DNA of 64,000 nucleotides from Bacteroidaceae bacterium (GTDB lineage Bacteria > Bacteroidota > Bacteroidia > Bacteroidales > Bacteroidaceae). The stretch is from positions 95,941 through 159,940 of the forward strand of contig JAGBTN010000018.1 in assembly GCA_017631315.1 (NCBI GenBank), read 5' to 3'. Each line of letters begins with the position of its first letter. Position 1 is the stretch's first letter. Position numbers and translations under genes: made by a program. Shown piece after piece: positions 1 through 8,402 of the stretch. A model generated the notes under the pieces. That model saw nothing but the letters and a program-made list of their open reading frames with translations, was not told the origin of the DNA and did no database searches.

Positions 1-24
1 CTAATACGACTATCTTCATTTTTT

Positions 25-1188
25 TTATCTGCGGATGGTTAATGGAATTGCTTCTGTGGTGGATTGGCAGAATGCACTGGCATCTTCAACGACAAGTGCC
101 AAATAGCCTCCGCCTCCGGCTCCGGGCATCTTCCAGGCCAAGACGTCATTCATAACTGAATAGTGGTTAATATAGTTTTGGACACCGGGTTGTATCATTG
201 CGGGAAACATTGAAATCTGTGCTTCAAATGATGCACGATATGCAGCGGCAAATGCTTCGAGATCAGTTTGCATGATGGCATCCCAGCAATCATCTGCGGC
301 TTTTGCCAAAGCCTTCACCTTTGTTTCTGTAATGTCTTTGTTCTCGACTACAGAACAACCGGGTTTCCGAGGGAACATGGGTACTAAACACAGATGATTT
401 TCAAGCCAGCAGAGTATCCTTTCGTCTTTACATTGTTCAAATTTATCAGGCCAAAAACGCGCATTGTAATGGTGGCGGCAAAGTCCTGGTATGCAAATGC
501 CGATGGCATCTTGTGCTCCAGAGATAATTCCGTCGCTTCGTTCAGGGTCATTTTCGAAGCAAAAGACGAGTTTAGCCAGCATCTCTGCATCCATATCCGG
601 CAATTTCATTGGCCAAATCTTCTGTATCTGTTTGCGTGTTGATGTAGAGAGGCCACAGCGCTCTCTTATCTCGAAATTTGGTAAGAGTGAGATGGTGAGT
701 GCCCATCCGGGAGCAAAACAGCTGACGTATGGCTGGTCTATCCAGGTTCCTGCGAGGTCGAGCCGTGTTGGTATTTCGCATATCTCGGTTTTTATGTCCG
801 TGCTAGAACGTGCATTGAGTCCTTTGGCAGGTGTTCTTTCAAGCACAATATATTCAATGTTACGTTCTTCGCAGAAACGTCGTTTCTCTTCGCTCGAGCC
901 GTCTGCATTTACCACGAAACGGTCTGGTTTTAGCATTTCGACCGTGGGTACAAAGTCCATTACACCAGTGCCTTTGTTAATGTAGGCTTCTTTTACATAT
1001 TTGATGCTTTGTACCATAAAGAGCCGTTCTTGCTCGGGGTATAGGGTCCTGTGGTTTTTGTACTGCAGTATTGTGGCATCTGAGCCAATGCCGACATATA
1101 GGTCGCCGTATTGGGCGGCTTGTCGGAAGAATTCTATGTGTCCGCTATGGAGCAAGTCGTAGCAACCGCTGACAAAGACTTTTTTCAT
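25..1188 (-). CDS. bifunctional nucleotidyltransferase (cytidylyltransferase-like) / GHMP-type sugar kinase
   Basis: 387-aa ORF. N-terminal VSGCYDLLHSGHIEFF is the HxGH nucleotidyltransferase motif. IPTRLDLAGTWIDQPY and C-terminal MPGAGGGGYLALVV resemble GHMP/fucokinase-type kinase motifs. It is the last gene in a same-strand run with a permease and a mutarotase. Confidence 0.7.
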   Translation of the reverse strand: MKKVFVSGCYDLLHSGHIEFFRQAAQYGDLYVGIGSDATILQYKNHRTLYPEQERLFMVQSIKYVKEAYINKGTGVMDFVPTVEMLKPDRFVVNADGSSEEKRRFCEERNIEYIVLERTPAKGLNARSSTDIKTEICEIPTRLDLAGTWIDQPYVSCFAPGWALTISLLPNFEIRERCGLSTSTRKQIQKIWPMKLPDMDAEMLAKLVFCFENDPERSDGIISGAQDAIGICIPGLCRHHYNARFWPDKFEQCKDERILCWLENHLCLVPMFPRKPGCSVVENKDITETKVKALAKAADDCWDAIMQTDLEAFAAAYRASFEAQISMFPAMIQPGVQNYINHYSVMNDVLAWKMPGAGGGGYLALVVEDASAFCQSTTEAIPLTIRR

Positions 1189-1191
1189 TTA

Positions 1192-2394
1192 CTATTTAAT
1201 TTTTACCGTTTTACAATGTGGTTTACAGTTCGCCAGACTGTACCACAGCACTACAACGAAGCAGACGAGTGGTACGGCATATGACACTGAAACACCAAAC
1301 ACATCACTGACATATCCTTGAAGTGGCGTAAGAAGTGCTCCACCGAGGATTGCCATGATGAGTCCCGATGCGCCAATCTTCGCATCTTCGGTCATGCCTT
1401 CGAGGGCAATGCCGTAGATGGTTGGGAACTGGAGTGACATAAAAAAACTTATGAGAACGAGTGCTGTGACGGCAATCATGCCGCTGCCGCTCATCAGAAT
1501 TACGATTAGGCAGAGTATGATGTCCGCTGCAGATGCCCAGGCCATAAGCTTTGCCGGGTGGTAGAACTTCATTAGCCAGGTGAAAAAGAAACGTGCCAGA
1601 CAGAAGCAGATGATGCTTGCCAGATAGTAAGTTGCTGCATTGGCTTCCTCGATGTTGAGCTCCTGCATTACCAATCTGATGGTGAACGACCACACGCCAA
1701 TCTGTGCTCCGACATAGAAGAATTGCGCCACAATGCCCCAGGTGTAGCGTTTGTTTTTGATTAGTCGCTTGAATGAAACACTAATGCAGCCTTTTTCTTC
1801 GTCTTTTCCTTCTGGCATTCTTGACATCAGCATTATTATCATGATTGCCAGCAGTACTAACCCCAGCCCCATGTAGGTCTCGGATATGCTATTGAGCGAG
1901 ATGTCTCGGAGAATGAATTGCTTGCTAAGTATGATGCCCATGATGCTTCCAATCGGGTTGAGTGATTGGGCGATGTTCAGTCTTCTGGTTGCTGTTTCGG
2001 CCGATCCCATTGAGAGGATGTAGGGATTGGCTGTTGTTTCGAGCACAGAACAGCCCCCGGCAAGGATGTAGATGGCTACGAGGTAGAACAAATAACTTTC
2101 GGCTTTTGCAGCGGGCAGGAATAGTATGGCACCTCCTGCATAAAGCATCAGTCCCAGAATGATGCCGGCTTTGTAGGAGAATTTTTTGACGAATAGCGCT
2201 GCTGGCAAGGCGAAGCAGAAGTAGGAGCCATAGAAGGCAAACTGAATGAGGGATGTCTGCGAATCGCTCATCTGCATTACTTTCTTGAAGGCTGCCAGCA
2301 AGGTGTCGGTCATATTGTTTGCCAAACCCCACAAAAGAAATAGTATTGAAACGAGGGCGAACGGGAGGAGGTTTTGTCTTTCGGCGACTTTCAT
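1192..2394 (-). CDS. MFS sugar:H+ symporter, FucP / glucose-galactose transporter-like
   Basis: 400-aa ORF that is hydrophobic throughout. The N-terminus LLWGLANNMTDTLLAAFKKVMQMSDSQTSLIQFAFYGSYF is typical of L-fucose permease-type MFS proteins. There is a 3-nt gap to the downstream kinase gene. Confidence 0.8.
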   Translation of the reverse strand: MKVAERQNLLPFALVSILFLLWGLANNMTDTLLAAFKKVMQMSDSQTSLIQFAFYGSYFCFALPAALFVKKFSYKAGIILGLMLYAGGAILFLPAAKAESYLFYLVAIYILAGGCSVLETTANPYILSMGSAETATRRLNIAQSLNPIGSIMGIILSKQFILRDISLNSISETYMGLGLVLLAIMIIMLMSRMPEGKDEEKGCISVSFKRLIKNKRYTWGIVAQFFYVGAQIGVWSFTIRLVMQELNIEEANAATYYLASIICFCLARFFFTWLMKFYHPAKLMAWASAADIILCLIVILMSGSGMIAVTALVLISFFMSLQFPTIYGIALEGMTEDAKIGASGLIMAILGGALLTPLQGYVSDVFGVSVSYAVPLVCFVVVLWYSLANCKPHCKTVKIK

Positions 2395-2436
2395 AAGTTT
2401 GTTCTATTCTTTTATTTCATTATGCAAGGGTTATTC

Positions 2437-2814
2437 TTAGTCGTAGAGAAAGAATATCCGTTGCATCATTTGCCATTTTTCGTCGCTTGTGGCATTGGCA
2501 TTGCAGCCTTGGAACTGGCTGACAAAGGCTTCCCACTCGGCTTGGCGTGGGAGTGTGGCGAGTCGAGCCATTGCTTTTTCCCAGTCGAAGTCTTCGGGGG
2601 TATCTACTATCATGACCAATGTGTTGCCCAGGATGTAGATTTCCATCTCGATGATGCCGACTTCTCGGATGCCGTTGCGAATTTCCTTCCAGTTGTGTTC
2701 CGGCGAGTGCCATTTGATGTATTCGCGCCTTGCCTCTTCGTCGGAGTTGAGCGTCAGCGTCTGTACGAATCGCTTTATGTTGCCGGTGTGCTGTTTTTGT
2801 ATGTAGCCGCCCAT
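2437..2814 (-). CDS. L-rhamnose mutarotase family protein (RhaM/YiiL-like)
   Basis: 125-aa ORF. The pattern KRFVQTLTL...EYIKWHSPEHNWKEIRNGIREVGIIEMEIY matches the small sugar mutarotase fold family. It lies upstream of the permease on the same strand. Confidence 0.7.
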   Translation of the reverse strand: MGGYIQKQHTGNIKRFVQTLTLNSDEEARREYIKWHSPEHNWKEIRNGIREVGIIEMEIYILGNTLVMIVDTPEDFDWEKAMARLATLPRQAEWEAFVSQFQGCNANATSDEKWQMMQRIFFLYD

Positions 2815-2847
2815 GATTCTTTCCGTGTGTAATGCGATGGTTATGGT

Positions 2848-3723
2848 TTATTGATGAATCTGTATTTGTGGGAATGGGAAGCCGATGCCTTGTTTGTTGA
2901 ATTCGTTGTAGATACGTTCGTTTGTATCGAAGAAGACATTCCAGTAATCGCTGCCATTTACCCATACACGGATTGAAAAGAACACTCCGTTGTCGCCCAG
3001 TTCGTTGACGGCAACGAAGGGTGCGGGGTCTTTGAGGATGCGGCTGTCGCTACGCAGGAGTTCCTGTGTCACTTGTTTTACCTTTTCGGTGTCTGTTCCG
3101 TATTCTACGCTGACAACCATGTCTACGCGACGCAGGTCGTTTTTGCTGTAGTTGGTGATGTTGCCGCTTGAAAGCGCACCATTGGGGATAAACAGTTCTT
3201 TGTTGTCCGGTGTTGTCAGTATGGTGTGGAATATCTGTATGGCTTTTACGGTGCCGCTTACGCCTTGCGCTTCGATGTAGTCGCCCACTTTGTAGGGTTT
3301 GAAGAGCAGCAGGATGATGCCGCCTGCCAGGTTTTGCAGGTTGCCGCTCAGTGCCATGCCTACGGCCAGGCCTGCAGATGCGAGCAGCGCAGCAAGGCTC
3401 GTTGTGTTTACGCCAAGAGTGCTGACTACGGTCAGGATGAGTAGTATGAGCAATGTTATGTTGACGAAGCTTTTTAGGAAGGACTGTACTGTGGGTTCTA
3501 CGTTTCGGCGTTCCAGTATTCTCGCAACCATGTTGTTGATGAATCGAACGATGTAGTATCCTATGACGGCTACGATGGCTGCAAGCAGGATGCTTTTCCC
3601 GGCTTCTGTTCCCAGTATGATGATTTGCTCAATGAATTCGTCCATTTTCCCGGTCTTGACGGCTTCGATAACTTCTTTCCCGCTTTCTATTGGTGCGGCT
3701 TGTAATAGAGACAAGTGTGTCAT
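2848..3723 (-). CDS. mechanosensitive ion channel, MscS family
   Basis: The ORF track gives 2848..3816. I chose the internal Met (MTHLSLLQ...) at 3723 because a TAnnTTTG box lies at 3814-3821. TM helices are followed by LLLFKPYKVGDYIEAQGVSGTVKAIQIFHT, a typical MscS beta-domain. Confidence 0.8.
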   Translation of the reverse strand: MTHLSLLQAAPIESGKEVIEAVKTGKMDEFIEQIIILGTEAGKSILLAAIVAVIGYYIVRFINNMVARILERRNVEPTVQSFLKSFVNITLLILLILTVVSTLGVNTTSLAALLASAGLAVGMALSGNLQNLAGGIILLLFKPYKVGDYIEAQGVSGTVKAIQIFHTILTTPDNKELFIPNGALSSGNITNYSKNDLRRVDMVVSVEYGTDTEKVKQVTQELLRSDSRILKDPAPFVAVNELGDNGVFFSIRVWVNGSDYWNVFFDTNERIYNEFNKQGIGFPFPQIQIHQ

Positions 3724-3813
3724 TTTTGTATAAATTATTATTGTGTTGTGTTCTGTATTGTTAGCATGTATAAAGGTTAAGAGTCGTTGGTCCTTCAAAC
3801 CTTTAACGAAGCA

Positions 3814-3821
3814 CAAAGTTA
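3814..3821 (-). promoter_or_regulatory. Bacteroidota -7 promoter box (TAACTTTG on minus strand) for mscS
   Basis: Plus strand CAAAGTTA is the reverse complement of TAACTTTG, which matches TAnnTTTG. It sits about 90 nt upstream of the chosen start. Confidence 0.5.
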
Positions 3822-4123
3822 CGAAAGTTAATCCATATGTGCAAATTTTCGATACTTTTATAGCTTATAGTTTAGATTACGGGCGGTACGAACATGGCGG
3901 CAACTTGTTTGGTAAATAGTTGTAAATTTTGAAAAGGAGTAAACTCTTTTGACAAAAAGTTAGTATTGTGGCCATTTTGCTTTCTTTCTGCTTTTTGGTA
4001 ACCCTCTGAAAATTGCGTCAAAATCTTCGGGCTGTACTCCGGTACAGGATTTCTGTAATTTTCGCTGTATTCGTAATTGTCTGATAATGTGTATTATAAA
4101 TTACAGTGAGCCCCGTCTTTGTG

Positions 4124-4277
4124 GTGAAAAGGTGTGTTTTGAAGCGCAAAATGGCGTTTTCTGGCGTGCAGAAGTCGATGTTTTGGCGTGAATAAATGCC
4201 AAACTAAACGTGTGTGATTGGTAAAACACTCGTGTGAAGTTTGCAAAACACCCTTGTAAGGTTGAGAGAAAGACTGT
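4124..4277. repeat. seven-unit 22-bp phased degenerate tandem array (family locus a)
   Basis: The hand-parsed units start at 4124, 4146, 4168, 4190, 4212, 4234 and 4256. They are GTGAAAAGGTGTGTTTTGAAGC, GCAAAATGGCGTTTTCTGGCGT, GCAGAAGTCGATGTTTTGGCGT, GAATAAATGCCAAACTAAACGT, GTGTGATTGGTAAAACACTCGT, GTGAAGTTTGCAAAACACCCTT and GTAAGGTTGAGAGAAAGACTGT. Confidence 0.6.
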
Positions 4278-4496
4278 AGGTCGTCGTCCCGCGCACCATT
4301 TTTAGTCCTATTTCATTCCGTTTTGCAACTCAAATTGAAATATCAAATGGAAAGTAAAACCATGTATTCAGCTTGCATTTTGATATTGTGTCTTGATAGA
4401 TGTTGCTATGCTACGACATATTTATATATAGGACCCGAAATTCGAGATCTGTCGAAAATAATGCAGCAAATGTTTGGCTATTCCATAAAAAAGACG

Positions 4497-4504
4497 TACC
4501 TTTG
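4497..4504 (+). promoter_or_regulatory. -7 promoter box TACCTTTG for the rpsF-rpsR-rplI operon
   Basis: Matches TAnnTTTG, 48 nt upstream of the rpsF ATG. Confidence 0.65.
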
Positions 4505-4551
4505 CCCCGCTTTTAAGCAACAAATTTATTAATTAATTCATTTAACGTATT

Positions 4552-4896
4552 ATGAACCAATACGAAACCGTTTTCATTTTGACTCCCGTTTTGTCTGATG
4601 AACAGATGAAGGAAGCGGTAGAGAAGTTCAAAGGCGTTCTCACAAAAGCTGGTGCTGAAATCATCAACGAAGAGAACTGGGGCCTGAAGAAACTTGCCTA
4701 TCCCATCGACAAGAAGACAACAGGATTCTACGAGCTCATTGAGTTCAATGCAGCTCCCGAGACTATCAAAACTCTCGAAATTGCTTATCGTCGCGACGAG
4801 AAAGTTCTTCGCTATCTCACCATTAAGATGGAGAAGTACGCCGCTGAATACGCAGCCAAGAGAAGAAGTAACAAACAAAACAAGCAGGAGGCATAA
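4552..4896 (+). CDS. rpsF: 30S ribosomal protein S6
   Basis: [18 protein letters not shown]...[10 protein letters not shown] is the canonical S6 sequence. It is followed by S18 and L9. Confidence 0.95.
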   Translation: MNQYETVFILTPVLSDEQMKEAVEKFKGVLTKAGAEIINEENWGLKKLAYPIDKKTTGFYELIEFNAAPETIKTLEIAYRRDEKVLRYLTIKMEKYAAEYAAKRRSNKQNKQEA

Positions 4897-4898
4897 AC

Positions 4899-5165
4899 AT
4901 GGCACAGCAATCAGAAATCCGCTACTTGACCGCTCCCGCTATCGACGTCGAGAAGAAGAAGTATTGCCGTTTCAAGAAGAGCGGCATCAAGTATATTGAC
5001 TACAAGGACCCCGAATTCTTGAAGAAGTTCCTCAACGAGCAGGGTAAGATTTTGCCCCGCCGCATCACTGGCACTTCTCTCAAGTATCAGCGTCGTGTCG
5101 CTCAGGCAGTAAAGCGTGCGCGTCACCTCGCCCTGCTGCCCTTCGTAACCGATTTGATGAAGTAA
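4899..5165 (+). CDS. rpsR: 30S ribosomal protein S18
   Basis: 88 aa. [50 protein letters not shown] is canonical S18. Confidence 0.95.
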   Translation: MAQQSEIRYLTAPAIDVEKKKYCRFKKSGIKYIDYKDPEFLKKFLNEQGKILPRRITGTSLKYQRRVAQAVKRARHLALLPFVTDLMK

Positions 5166-5181
5166 AGTAAGGAGGAAGATT

Positions 5182-5712
5182 ATGGAAATTATACTGAAAG
5201 AAGACGTAATCGGACTCGGTTACAAGAATGACATCGTGAACGTAAAGGCTGGTTATGGCCGTAACTACCTGATTCCTCAGGGCAAGGGCGTAATTGCAAG
5301 CGCAAGCGCAAAGAAGGTACTCGCCGAGGAACTCAAGCAGAAGGCTGTTAAGCTCGCTAAGATTAAGGCTGACGCCGAAGCACTCGCAGAGAAACTGAAC
5401 GCAGTAAGCCTCACTTTCACTGCAAAGGCAACTGTAACTGGTGTTATCTACGGTAGCATCAACAGCATGCACATCGCAGAGGAACTCCAGAAGCTCGGCT
5501 TCGACATCGACCGCAAGATCATTGTCGTTAAGGACGCAAAGACTGCAGGCGATTATGTGGCAACCGTTAAGCTTCACAAGGAAGTTTCTGCACAGGTGGC
5601 TTTCACCGTTGTTGCAGAGTCAAACAACGAAAGCGTAGCTGCTCAGAAAGAAGCAACTGTAACCGAGGAGGCTCCTGCCGCTGAGGAGACACAGAAAGCA
5701 ACAGAAGAGTAA
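5182..5712 (+). CDS. rplI: 50S ribosomal protein L9
   Basis: MEIILKEDVIGLGYKNDIVNVKAGYGRNYLIPQGKG is the canonical L9 N-domain. The acidic/Ala-rich C-terminal tail is common in Bacteroidota. Confidence 0.95.
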   Translation: MEIILKEDVIGLGYKNDIVNVKAGYGRNYLIPQGKGVIASASAKKVLAEELKQKAVKLAKIKADAEALAEKLNAVSLTFTAKATVTGVIYGSINSMHIAEELQKLGFDIDRKIIVVKDAKTAGDYVATVKLHKEVSAQVAFTVVAESNNESVAAQKEATVTEEAPAAEETQKATEE

Positions 5713-5736
5713 TTTGGCTATCACACCAATAAACCC

Positions 5737-5769
5737 AAAGGGGCACAGCCGTAAAGTCTGTGCCCCTTT
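5737..5769 (+). terminator. stem-loop terminator after rplI
   Basis: AAAGGGGCACAG (5737-5748) pairs perfectly with CTGTGCCCCTTT (5758-5769). The loop is 9 nt. Confidence 0.75.
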
Positions 5770-5792
5770 GCACCTTATATATAATTATACTA

Positions 5793-6902
5793 ATGAGCAT
5801 CATCAAATGTCCTGAATGTAAAGGACGTGTTTCAACAATGGCTGGCACATGTCCCCATTGTGGTATTCACATCTCCGGACAATTACGTCACTGCCCTCAT
5901 TGCAACGAGTATTGTCTCCAGACACAAGACACCTGCCCGGAATGTGGAGAGAAGCTGGAACCAATACCAGTTGTTACTGCAGAAAAGGATGAAATAGTAG
6001 AGGATAAAGCTTCATCAAATGAATCTAAGAAGAAAAAATCATACAAGTCTATAGGATGGACATGTGTTTTTGTTCTTATCAGTTCCCTTTTTGCTTTCGC
6101 AGGCTACTATTATTATACCACAGAGCAGATGAGACAAAAAGAGCAATCCGATTACGAACGGCTTGCTAATATGACAGATCCCAAAACCTTCCGGCAGTTT
6201 CTCGACGATTATCCCGAGAGTCAGCACTTTGATGAAGTAAACGAACGTATGCTTGCTTTGCAGGCAGAGGCAGAAGAGTGGCAACGTTTGTTGCAGAACG
6301 TCAATCGTGCAGCGTTAGCACGGTTTGTGCAAAAATATCCGACCACGCTTCGCAAAAGGGCATGTGAGGATATGCTCGACTCTATTGATTGGCAAGAGGC
6401 TGTCGCTGTTGGTAATGAAAACGCCATTACCGATTATTTGGCAAGACATCCCTTTGGCCGATATACAAGCGAAGCCGCAGAAATAAAGAATGCCCTGCTG
6501 CTTTCGAAGGTAACGGTTGCAGAGCGAACCATGATACGCGGTACACTCGAGTCGTTCTTTGCGAAAGTCATTGCCAACCAAGATATTGAAGCTGCTCGGG
6601 CTGCTATCCCGGATTCAATGATTAACTTCTGCGGCAAAGACAATGCCGACGCAGAAGCAATTATCCAATATGCTAACGAGAAGAAGGAGAAGGATGTCAT
6701 CGGACTTCATTATGTTATTGCGCAACAAATGAGCGTTCGCAAGGAGACACTTCATGATGGCAGTATAGGTTATTCTGCAGAATTCAATTTGCAGGAAACA
6801 ATCAGCCGAAGCGATACGAAACAACCGATGTCCAATATTTATCGTGTTAGTGCACTTGTCAATCAGGAACAGAAGATTGTACGAATGTCCATTTCCAAAT
6901 AA
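5793..6902 (+). CDS. zinc-ribbon domain membrane protein (hypothetical)
   Basis: I take the start at MSIIKCPECKGRV. Three CxxC pairs occur in the first 60 aa (CPECKG, CPHCG, CPHCN, CPECG), followed by one TM helix (WTCVFVLISSLFAFAGYYYY) and a helical C-terminal region. Confidence 0.6.
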   Translation: MSIIKCPECKGRVSTMAGTCPHCGIHISGQLRHCPHCNEYCLQTQDTCPECGEKLEPIPVVTAEKDEIVEDKASSNESKKKKSYKSIGWTCVFVLISSLFAFAGYYYYTTEQMRQKEQSDYERLANMTDPKTFRQFLDDYPESQHFDEVNERMLALQAEAEEWQRLLQNVNRAALARFVQKYPTTLRKRACEDMLDSIDWQEAVAVGNENAITDYLARHPFGRYTSEAAEIKNALLLSKVTVAERTMIRGTLESFFAKVIANQDIEAARAAIPDSMINFCGKDNADAEAIIQYANEKKEKDVIGLHYVIAQQMSVRKETLHDGSIGYSAEFNLQETISRSDTKQPMSNIYRVSALVNQEQKIVRMSISK

Positions 6903-6931
6903 AACTTCTTGCATATTTCGTAAAGAAGCAT

Positions 6932-6939
6932 TATCTTTG
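6932..6939 (+). promoter_or_regulatory. -7 promoter box TATCTTTG
   Basis: Matches TAnnTTTG, 30 nt upstream of the ATG at 6969. Confidence 0.6.
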
Positions 6940-6968
6940 CAAGCAAAACATTATAGACAAAAAGCAAT

Positions 6969-8156
6969 ATGACACAGAAAGAACTGCAGCTCAAGTATGG
7001 CTGCAACCCCAATCAGAAGCCTTCACGCATCTATATGGAAGAGGGCGAGTTGCCTATCGAGGTACTTGGCGGACGCCCTGGGTATATTAATTTCCTCGAT
7101 GCCTTGAACAGCTGGCAATTAGTTAAGGAGCTTAAAGCAGCTACAGGCTTGCCTGCTGCAGCGAGTTTTAAGCACGTGTCTCCGGCTGGAGCTGCTGTTG
7201 GTCTTCCTCTGAGCGACACTTTGGCAAAGGTGTATTTTGTTGATGACATTAAGGTTCCCCTTAGTCCCATTGCTTGTGCGTATGCTCGTGCCAGAGGCGC
7301 CGACCGTATGAGCAGCTATGGCGACTTTATTGCTTTGAGTGATACTTGCGATGAGGCAACGGCTCTTATTATCAAGCGCGAGGTGAGTGATGGTGTGATT
7401 GCCCCAGATTATACTGAAGAAGCATTGCAGATTCTGCGCGATAAGCGTAAGGGTACATACAATATCATAAAAATAGATCCCAATTATGTTCCTGCTCCCA
7501 TCGAGCGCAAGCAGGTGTTTGGTGTAACCTTTGAGCAAGGCCGTAATGAGGTGAAGCTTGACGACCCTGCTCTCTTTGAGAATATCCCCACCGTCAATAA
7601 GGACTTCTCCGAGGAAGCTCGTCGCGATCTTATCATTGCTCTTATTACGCTTAAATATACTCAGAGCAACAGCGTATGCTATGTTAAGGATGGTCAGGCT
7701 ATTGGTATTGGTGCCGGCCAGCAGAGCCGCATCCACTGCACTCGACTTGCTGGCAGTAAGGCAGACATTTGGTGGCTGCGTCAGAACCCGAAGGTGATGG
7801 CTCTTCCTTTCATTCCTGGTATTCGTCGTGCGGATCGTGATAATACTATCGATGTGTATATCAGCGAGGACTATATGGATGTTCTTGCCGATGGCGAATG
7901 GCAGAAGTTCTTTACAGAGAAACCGGAACCTCTCAGCCGTGAGGAGAAGCAGGAGTGGATTGCGAAGAATACGAAGGTTAGCCTCGGAAGCGATGCCTTC
8001 TTCCCATTCGGCGACAATGTGGAGCGTGCTCATAAGAGTGGTGTGGAGTATATTGCCCAAGCAGGTGGCAGTGTGCGTGATGACCATGTTATCATGACAT
8101 GCGACAAGTATGGCATTGCAATGGCATTCACCGGCGTTAGATTGTTCCATCATTAA
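6969..8156 (+). CDS. AICAR transformylase-domain protein (PurH-like, lacks the N-terminal IMP cyclohydrolase/MGS domain)
   Basis: 395 aa. LKYGCNPNQKP...GRPGYINFLDALNSWQLV...ASFKHVSPAGAAVG and the C-terminal GGSVRDDHVI...GIAMAFTGVRLFHH are PurH formyltransferase-domain motifs. It is about 110-130 aa shorter than bifunctional PurH. Confidence 0.75.
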   Translation: MTQKELQLKYGCNPNQKPSRIYMEEGELPIEVLGGRPGYINFLDALNSWQLVKELKAATGLPAAASFKHVSPAGAAVGLPLSDTLAKVYFVDDIKVPLSPIACAYARARGADRMSSYGDFIALSDTCDEATALIIKREVSDGVIAPDYTEEALQILRDKRKGTYNIIKIDPNYVPAPIERKQVFGVTFEQGRNEVKLDDPALFENIPTVNKDFSEEARRDLIIALITLKYTQSNSVCYVKDGQAIGIGAGQQSRIHCTRLAGSKADIWWLRQNPKVMALPFIPGIRRADRDNTIDVYISEDYMDVLADGEWQKFFTEKPEPLSREEKQEWIAKNTKVSLGSDAFFPFGDNVERAHKSGVEYIAQAGGSVRDDHVIMTCDKYGIAMAFTGVRLFHH

Positions 8157-8167
8157 TAAAAAGCTTT

Positions 8168-8374
8168 ATGGCTAAGTTCGGAGGAGATGACATCGATGCC
8201 GTTATCTTAGACGGCATTACTTTCCGAGGCAGCTCTAAAAGTGCACCGAAACAGGAAGAGTCTAAGGTCAAGACCAAGGCTAAGAAGAAGCAATACATTA
8301 CGGGTGCGCATGGGAGTGGTGCTGCCAAGAAGAAAGCAGACATACGTCGTCAGCGTGCCAATAGACACAAATGA
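8168..8374 (+). CDS. small lysine/arginine-rich hypothetical protein
   Basis: 68-aa ORF packed tightly between the purH-like gene (12-nt gap) and the next gene (28-nt gap) on the same strand. I recognise no family. Confidence 0.4.
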   Translation: MAKFGGDDIDAVILDGITFRGSSKSAPKQEESKVKTKAKKKQYITGAHGSGAAKKKADIRRQRANRHK

Positions 8375-8402
8375 GTTTAGAATTAAGAGTTAAGAAACAA
8401 GA

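Noticed and set aside
2374-2965. 152-aa plus-strand and 181-aa minus-strand ORFs overlapping the mutarotase gene
   Set aside because: They are alternative frames of the region encoding the 125-aa mutarotase-family protein, which has clear family similarity. The others have none.
4323-4532. 69-aa ORF upstream of rpsF
   Set aside because: It overlaps the rpsF promoter box, has an implausible Cys/Tyr/Ile-rich composition and has no promoter of its own.
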